The notes below the pieces were generated by a model. It made no database searches, was not told the origin of the DNA, and saw only the letters and a program-made list of their open reading frames with translations. The position numbers were made by a program, and so were the translations under genes. A stretch of DNA of 64,000 nt from Acidobacteriota bacterium (lineage in GTDB: Bacteria; Acidobacteriota; UBA890; WLXD01): assembly GCA_965248695.1 (NCBI GenBank), contig CBDFKD010000002.1:2624001-2688000 (forward strand), given 5' to 3'. Positions 58,381-64,000 of the stretch are shown here, in pieces (position 1 is the first letter of the stretch; every line of letters begins with the position of its first letter).

Positions 58381-60813
58381 GTGAGCGACAAGCACCAAAT
58401 CCCGGCTCGTACTGTCCGCGAGCGCACGCTCTTTTACCGTGAGATCCGCGCCGTCTGCCGCTGGTCTCATCGCTACGCGTTTCTCTGGGTGGCGCTGACC
58501 CTGGCGGTCACGGTCCCGGCGTTCATGCGCGCGCAAACGCTCGGTCTCGACTCCGACCTCACCCGGTTGCTTCCGCAGGACAGCCCAGCGGTGCAGTGGA
58601 GTCGAGACCTGGAGCCGCTGGTAGGTGACGGGGGGTATTTCAGCCTGGTCTTCGAGCGGGGTGATCCCCAATCGTTACAGCAAGCGGTTGACGGCACAGC
58701 CAGGCGATTGCAGGGCCTCGACGGGATCACCGATGTCAACTACCGCTACCCGACGGATTTCGTCCAGCGGTACCGCTACGGCCTGATGCCCTCGGACCAG
58801 CTCGAGACCGCCATCGAAACGATCGAGGACTGGGAGGCCGAGGTAAACCCGTTCCTCGACGATCTCGACGATTCGGCGAGCGAGGAGGAGTCCGACCTCG
58901 AGCGCATCGTGGGGCTGTACAGCGAGCTGCCCGAGTACCACCGCGACGCTGACGACACGATGTACGGGATGATCCTCAAGACAAGCGAGGGCCTGACCGA
59001 CCTCTCTGGCCTGCGGGAGCTGTACCTGGAGATCGACCGCGTTGCCGGCGAGGAGTCAGACGCGGCCGGCGTGACGGTGTCCATCGGCGGCTCGCTGCGC
59101 ACGCGGGTGGAAGAGTTCGACGTCATCGTCTCGGATGTTACCCGCACAGGTGCGGTGGCAGCGGCGGCCATCCTGTTGACGCTGGCGATCAGCTTCAGGT
59201 CGGTTCGCGTGCTGCCGGTGCTGCTGTACCCAATCGGCGCCGGCCTGACTTGGGCGTTTGCGCTAGTGCCCGATCTGGTCGGCGACCTGAACACGATCAC
59301 CTCATTCCTGCTGATGGTGTTATTCGGTATGGGGGTCGATTACTCCATTCACCTGGTGAAGCGCTTCCGGCACGAGATCCTGACCAATCCTCCGGACGTC
59401 GCGCTGGCCGAAACGTTCACATCGACCGGACGTTCGGTGATGACATCGGGGCTGACAACCTCGTTCGGACTCTTCATCCTGGCGGTATCCGACTTTCGCG
59501 GCTTCTCGGACTTCGGACTCATCGGCGGCACCGCCATCCTGGTGGTGACGGCGTGCATGCTGCTCGTGATGCCGGCCACGCTGAGCGCCGGCTACCGCCT
59601 CGGCCTGGTTACGCCGAGCGCGCCGCGCTACCCGAGCGCGCGACTTGCGATTCCACCGAGTTGGTCGGCAGCTCTGCTGAGCACGCTGGTGATCATCTCG
59701 GCGTACGCCGCTGCGTTCCTGCTCGAGTTCGACTACGACTTCGCGAACTTCAGCGCCAACCTCGAGGAACTGGACGCCATCCGCGCCAAGCAGGATGAGG
59801 TTTACCCGATCTTTTTCGGTCCGTCGGCCATCTATGTGGCGCGCGACCTCGAGGCGCTCGACCAGATGCTGGCGCTAATCTCCGCCGCCAGGGCAGAGCC
59901 CGAATCGGTGATCGGGCGGGTGGCCAGCGTGCGCGATTTCGCGCCCGACGACCACGAAGTGCAACTGCGACGCGACGCCATCGACCAGATCCAGGAGATG
60001 CTCCGGCGCAGGTGGGTCAACCGCATCGAGGACCCGGAGCGGGTCCGTATCATCGAGGACGTGCGCGACTTCGATATGCCGGACACCTTACCGGCCGTCG
60101 ACGATCTGCCGATTTCGGTGCTGCAGGACATGATCACGCGCGACGGATCTGGCGCCTACATCCTCGGGCTCCACGCTACCGGCCCCGGCAAGGACGGCGT
60201 GACGACCATGATGTTCGCGCGCGAGCTCTACGACCTGGAGCTCCCGGACGGGATCCTCGGACCAACGGGCGACAAACCGGTGCTTGCCGAGATTCTCTGG
60301 CTGGTCACCCGGGAAGGGCCGCTGCTCGTCGTTTTGACGTTCCTAGGCGTGTTCATTCTGGTGGTCATCGACCGGCGCGACGTGAACCAGGCAGCCTGGG
60401 TGCTCGTCCCTCTCGTGGCGAGCCTGTTGCTGACGTTCGGAGCGGTGATCGCACTCGGATGGCGCGTGAACTTCTTCAACATGGTGGTACTGCCCACCCT
60501 GCTCGGTCTCGGCGTCGACCATGGGGTGCACTACTACCGGCGCTGGCGCGAGTTGGAGGGGGATACGGCCGCCACTCAGCTGGAGCTGTTTGAGCCCATC
60601 ACCGTGGCCACCTTGACCACCATAATGGGGTACGCTGGGATGGCGTTCGCGCATCATCCCGGGCTGCGCTCGATCGGACTGCTGGCGGTGGTCGGCCTGC
60701 TGTGCACCTGGCTGACGGCGATGGTGTTGCTTCCCGGTCTGCTGGTCTGGCATCGCGACCTCAGCGAGGACGATCCGGAGCTTCCAGACACCGACGACGC
60801 GCTAGACGTGTAG
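58381..60813 (+). CDS. MMPL/RND-family (HpnN-like) lipid exporter
   Basis: LDSDL..LLP.DSP; duplicated GMGVDYSIHL and GLGVDHGVH motifs; two sets of TM helices. Confidence 0.9.
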   Translation: MSDKHQIPARTVRERTLFYREIRAVCRWSHRYAFLWVALTLAVTVPAFMRAQTLGLDSDLTRLLPQDSPAVQWSRDLEPLVGDGGYFSLVFERGDPQSLQQAVDGTARRLQGLDGITDVNYRYPTDFVQRYRYGLMPSDQLETAIETIEDWEAEVNPFLDDLDDSASEEESDLERIVGLYSELPEYHRDADDTMYGMILKTSEGLTDLSGLRELYLEIDRVAGEESDAAGVTVSIGGSLRTRVEEFDVIVSDVTRTGAVAAAAILLTLAISFRSVRVLPVLLYPIGAGLTWAFALVPDLVGDLNTITSFLLMVLFGMGVDYSIHLVKRFRHEILTNPPDVALAETFTSTGRSVMTSGLTTSFGLFILAVSDFRGFSDFGLIGGTAILVVTACMLLVMPATLSAGYRLGLVTPSAPRYPSARLAIPPSWSAALLSTLVIISAYAAAFLLEFDYDFANFSANLEELDAIRAKQDEVYPIFFGPSAIYVARDLEALDQMLALISAARAEPESVIGRVASVRDFAPDDHEVQLRRDAIDQIQEMLRRRWVNRIEDPERVRIIEDVRDFDMPDTLPAVDDLPISVLQDMITRDGSGAYILGLHATGPGKDGVTTMMFARELYDLELPDGILGPTGDKPVLAEILWLVTREGPLLVVLTFLGVFILVVIDRRDVNQAAWVLVPLVASLLLTFGAVIALGWRVNFFNMVVLPTLLGLGVDHGVHYYRRWRELEGDTAATQLELFEPITVATLTTIMGYAGMAFAHHPGLRSIGLLAVVGLLCTWLTAMVLLPGLLVWHRDLSEDDPELPDTDDALDV

Positions 60814-60854
60814 CAGGCCGTGGGGGCCCGCCACACTTCCACCACGGCCTGCTA
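60811..60854. terminator. perfect 13-bp inverted repeat after the MMPL stop
   Basis: TAGCAGGCCGTGG...CCACGGCCTGCTA. Confidence 0.55.
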
Positions 60855-60891
60855 GAGCAGGCTCGAGCACCGCGAAATGCCGGATGCGCGA

Positions 60892-60920
60892 TTGCGAGCG
60901 GTACCTCCGCCGCTTACCAT
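60892..60920 (+). promoter_or_regulatory. tRNA promoter TTGCGA-N17-TACCAT
   Basis: sigma70-like hexamers with a 17-nt spacer, ending 12 nt before the tRNA. Confidence 0.55.
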
Positions 60921-60932
60921 CACCGTCCAGGT

Positions 60933-61007
60933 TGGGGCGTCGTCCAATTGGCAAGACATGCGGCTCTGGACCGTAGAATCGGGGTTCGAGTCCCTGCGCC
61001 CCAACCA
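60933..61007 (+). tRNA. tRNA-Gln (anticodon CTG)
   Basis: Acceptor stem TGGGGCG/CGCCCCA, anticodon arm TGCGG-CTCTGGA-CCGTA, GGTTCGAGTCC T-arm, encoded CCA. Confidence 0.96.
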
Positions 61008-61156
61008 TTCAGCCGCAGTCGACGCCGGCCAACCGAGTAGCGTGCCGGGGCCGCACGGGCGCGCGTAACCGTATCCTCATCGGGAGCCCGAGCCACCCGA
61101 GATTCGCCCGCCGAGCTCGCGACGGGCTCTGCGCCCCCTCCCAGGTGGAGTACGAC

Positions 61157-64000
61157 ATGATTCGAAGCCGCTGGCAGCCACGACTCGCGATCCTCACCCT
61201 GATCGTCGCCGCCACGGCGCCGGTGGTGGCACAGGACGAGCAGGCGCTAGACGCCGCCTACACCGACGAGATTCACACCCATACGACAGATGCGAAGTTC
61301 CTCACGCCGATCGTCGAGATGCTGCCTGCCTCGAGCACCGTCCCCACACCGCTCGACTTCCACGGCTATATCGCCGGCGCCGAGGGGCACCTGACCTACG
61401 CCGCCGATGTGCACGCTTACATGCGGGCAGTTGCCGACGCCGCACCTCGGGTGCAGGTCTTCTCCATGGGTCAGACCGAGGAAGGCCGCGAGCGCCTTCT
61501 GGTGGTCGCCGGCAGCGACGCGTCGATGGCCAACCTCGACCGCTACCGCGAGATCACCGCGCGCCTTGCGGACCCTCGCGATCTGACCGACGAGGAGGCC
61601 GCCGAGCTCATCGGCCGCGGCAAGGCGATCTACTGGGCAACCGGCGGATTGCACTCGCCGGAAACCGGCTCACCGGAGATGCTCATGGAGCTCATCTACC
61701 GTTTCGCGGCCGATGAGCGACCGATCTTCAACGAGATCCGCGACAACCTGATCTTCATGGCCACCCCGGTGGTCGAGGTGGACGGGCGCGAGCGCATCAT
61801 CGACATCATGCGCTATCGCGCCGCCAACCCCGGAGCGGCGGCGCCGAACCTAGTGTACTGGGGCAAGTACATCGCCCATGACAACAACCGCGACGGCATC
61901 GGGCTGGCGCTCACGCTCTCTAGGCAGTCGATCGACACGTACCTGCAATGGCACCCGCAGGTCATGCACGACCTTCACGAGTCGGTGCCGTTCCTGTACA
62001 TCATGAGCGGCCACGGCCCGTTCAACTCCTGGCTCGACCCGATCACCACCGAGGAGTGGGTGGAGATGGCGTGGAACGAGGTGCGGCAGATGAACGAGTG
62101 GAACGTACCCGGTGTGTGGACGTTCAACTTCTTCGACGGTTGGGCCGCCAACTACATGATCTACGCCGCCATGGGCCGTAACTCGGTGGGTCGCTTCTAC
62201 GAGACCTTCGGCAACAGCGCGCCGGAGACCCAGATGCGCGAGATCGGCAACCAGTCGCAGCGCGCCTGGTACCGCATGAACCCACCCACGCCGAAGGTGC
62301 TGTGGTCGCTGCGCAACAACACCAACCTGATGCAGAGCGCGCTGGTCGTCGGGCTGCACAACGTGGCGACCAACAAGGATCGCTTCCTCGAGACGTTCTA
62401 CCGGAAGGGCAGGCGCGCGGTCGACAAGCCACGTCTCGAAGGCCCCGCTGCGTGGGTCATCCCCTCCGACGGGCCGCGGCCGCTATTGACGCGGCGGCTG
62501 ATCAACCTCCTGCGGGCGCAGACCATCGAGCTTCACGTTGCCACGGAGACGTTCGAGGTCGAGGCATCGCGGCGGCCCGAGGAGAGCGCAGCCACGGAGT
62601 TTTACGCCGGCGACGTGATCGTACGCATGGACCAGCCGTACAGCCGACTGGCGGACATGCTGCTCGACTATCAGTACTACAACCCCAGCGACCCACGTCC
62701 GTACGACGACACCGGCTGGTCGCTCGGACCGCTGTTCAACGTCGATACCTACCGGGTGAAAGATCTGGCCGTGCTCGATGTCGGTATGGCCGCGCTGAAT
62801 GCTACAGGCGCCAGTGGCAGCGTCACCGGCACTGGGTCCACCCTCGTGCTTGCAGCCACCGGCGAGCCCGAGGTCGCGACCTTCCGCTTCCGTCTGGCAG
62901 ACGTGCCGATGCGCTCTGCCGAAGCCGAGCTCACCGTCGACGAGACCACCTTTGCCGCCGGCAGCGTGCTGATCGATGCCAGCGATACCTCGATCCGCCA
63001 GCGGGTAACCGATGTGGCCATCGAGCTAGGGCTGAGCCTCACCGCAATCTCGTCGTCGCCGGACGCGCCCACCCACGACATGCCCCTGCCGCGCATCGCC
63101 CTGGCCCACACCTGGATCAACACCCAGAGCGAGGGCTGGTGGAGATACGCGCTCGACGACGCAAGCGTGCCGTACGACTACATCTCGACGGACACCATCG
63201 GCGAAGTCGACGACCTGCGAGAGCGCTGGGACGTTGTCATCATTGCGCCCGGGTGGGGCAACGTCAGCCGCATCGTGCAGGGTGCTCGCAGCAATCAGCC
63301 GATCCCTTGGCAGACCACCGATCTCACCCCCAACCTCGGGCACATCGACTCCACCGACGACATGACGGCCGGCATCGGCTTCGAGGGTGTGGCCAAGATC
63401 CAACGCTTCGTCGAGGAGGGCGGCGTGTTGATCGCCGCCACCAACTCGATCGGCTTCCTGACACAGACCGGCATCGCTCCCTACGTGCGGGTGGATTCGA
63501 CGCCCTCCGACATGCAGGCACGTGGCGCCTTGTTCAATGCCGAGATCACCGACGCGCTCAGCCCCATCGCCTACGGTTACGACGAGGACACGGCGGTGTA
63601 CTTCAGCAACGCCCCGTTGTTGCGCGTCGACGCTGCCCCTCCGTCCCGCGGATTCGGCGGTGGCGGCGACAGTGGGCGCGCCTCGGGCCGCCGCGGCGAC
63701 GATGTGGTTCCCGGGCACCCGCCCTACGTCGACCCGGATGCCGAAACGGACGACCCGACGGACGGCGAAACAGCGGACGGCGAAACGGCGGACGGCGAAA
63801 CAGCGGATGACGCCGAGGATGACCCCCCCTATTTCGACGACGGACAGGATCTCGACGATCGCACCCGGCTGCTGGCCGGACATCTGGTTCCCTCAGCGGA
63901 CCGGGTCCCCCGCGTGGTGATGCGCTTCCACGACAGCAGCAGCGAGTTATTGCTCTCCGGCATGCTCGGCAACGGTCGTGCCCTGGCGTCGCGACCGGCG
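61157..64000 (+). CDS. secreted M14 zinc carboxypeptidase family protein (runs off the window; absent from the ORF track)
   Basis: GGAG RBS; MIRSRWQPRLAILTLIVAATAPVVAQ signal; GQTEEGR, GGLHSPE (HxxE), HDNNRD, HDLHE, PYDDTGW. Confidence 0.88.
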   Translation, partial: MIRSRWQPRLAILTLIVAATAPVVAQDEQALDAAYTDEIHTHTTDAKFLTPIVEMLPASSTVPTPLDFHGYIAGAEGHLTYAADVHAYMRAVADAAPRVQVFSMGQTEEGRERLLVVAGSDASMANLDRYREITARLADPRDLTDEEAAELIGRGKAIYWATGGLHSPETGSPEMLMELIYRFAADERPIFNEIRDNLIFMATPVVEVDGRERIIDIMRYRAANPGAAAPNLVYWGKYIAHDNNRDGIGLALTLSRQSIDTYLQWHPQVMHDLHESVPFLYIMSGHGPFNSWLDPITTEEWVEMAWNEVRQMNEWNVPGVWTFNFFDGWAANYMIYAAMGRNSVGRFYETFGNSAPETQMREIGNQSQRAWYRMNPPTPKVLWSLRNNTNLMQSALVVGLHNVATNKDRFLETFYRKGRRAVDKPRLEGPAAWVIPSDGPRPLLTRRLINLLRAQTIELHVATETFEVEASRRPEESAATEFYAGDVIVRMDQPYSRLADMLLDYQYYNPSDPRPYDDTGWSLGPLFNVDTYRVKDLAVLDVGMAALNATGASGSVTGTGSTLVLAATGEPEVATFRFRLADVPMRSAEAELTVDETTFAAGSVLIDASDTSIRQRVTDVAIELGLSLTAISSSPDAPTHDMPLPRIALAHTWINTQSEGWWRYALDDASVPYDYISTDTIGEVDDLRERWDVVIIAPGWGNVSRIVQGARSNQPIPWQTTDLTPNLGHIDSTDDMTAGIGFEGVAKIQRFVEEGGVLIAATNSIGFLTQTGIAPYVRVDSTPSDMQARGALFNAEITDALSPIAYGYDEDTAVYFSNAPLLRVDAAPPSRGFGGGGDSGRASGRRGDDVVPGHPPYVDPDAETDDPTDGETADGETADGETADDAEDDPPYFDDGQDLDDRTRLLAGHLVPSADRVPRVVMRFHDSSSELLLSGMLGNGRALASRPA
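63761..63805 (+). repeat. three 15-bp tandem units encoding DGETA inside the M14 gene
   Basis: GACGGCGAAACAGCG GACGGCGAAACGGCG GACGGCGAAACAGCG. Confidence 0.9.

Noticed and set aside
56082-60813. Hopanoid transport (HpnM/HpnN) assignment
   Set aside because: No squalene-hopene cyclase or other hpn genes occur in the window, so it is not supported locally, though not excluded genome-wide.
60933-61156. tRNA-anchored genomic island
   Set aside because: No integrase and no duplicated tRNA 3' end were seen.
63761-63805. CRISPR-like repeat
   Set aside because: The units are contiguous 15-mers without spacers and lie in frame within a CDS; no cas genes are present.
62302-63810. 502-aa Arg-rich plus-strand ORF
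   Set aside because: It is an alternative frame of the M14 peptidase gene that starts at 61157.

Overview
GC-rich bacterial DNA with the typical Acidobacteriota accessory repertoire: two ADOP-type orphan ABC permeases (one with PadR), a GWxTD protein, an acidobacterial VWA protein, Hanks kinases fused to TPR or PD40 domains, and many secreted amidohydrolases, CocE/NonD and M14 hydrolases. About 40 CDSs and one tRNA-Gln(CTG) are supported; no CRISPR array, rRNA, integrase or transposase was seen. The most notable loci are: (1) 4202-5595, a candidate RiPP-like cassette of a small signal-peptide-bearing His/Cys peptide with a GKGKGG tail, a long hairpin, a stand-alone PqqD/RRE protein and a TIGR02466-like 2OG-Fe(II) oxygenase, followed by an overlapping Tat-signal PLP aldolase; (2) 52578-60813, an Spt / ceramide-synthase-like GNAT / SDR reductase operon led by TolC and MlaC-like genes and divergent from an MMPL/RND transporter, a possible sphingolipid synthesis-plus-export system; (3) 52089-52562, an OsmC-family gene whose first catalytic Cys codon is an in-frame TGA (probable selenoprotein); (4) 9543-10384, a Phd-fused antitoxin paired with a nucleotidyltransferase. 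There are also frameshifted or remnant kinase and VWA genes and a promoter-like motif shared by the kinase paralogs. All family calls come from motif recognition by eye; no database searches were run.
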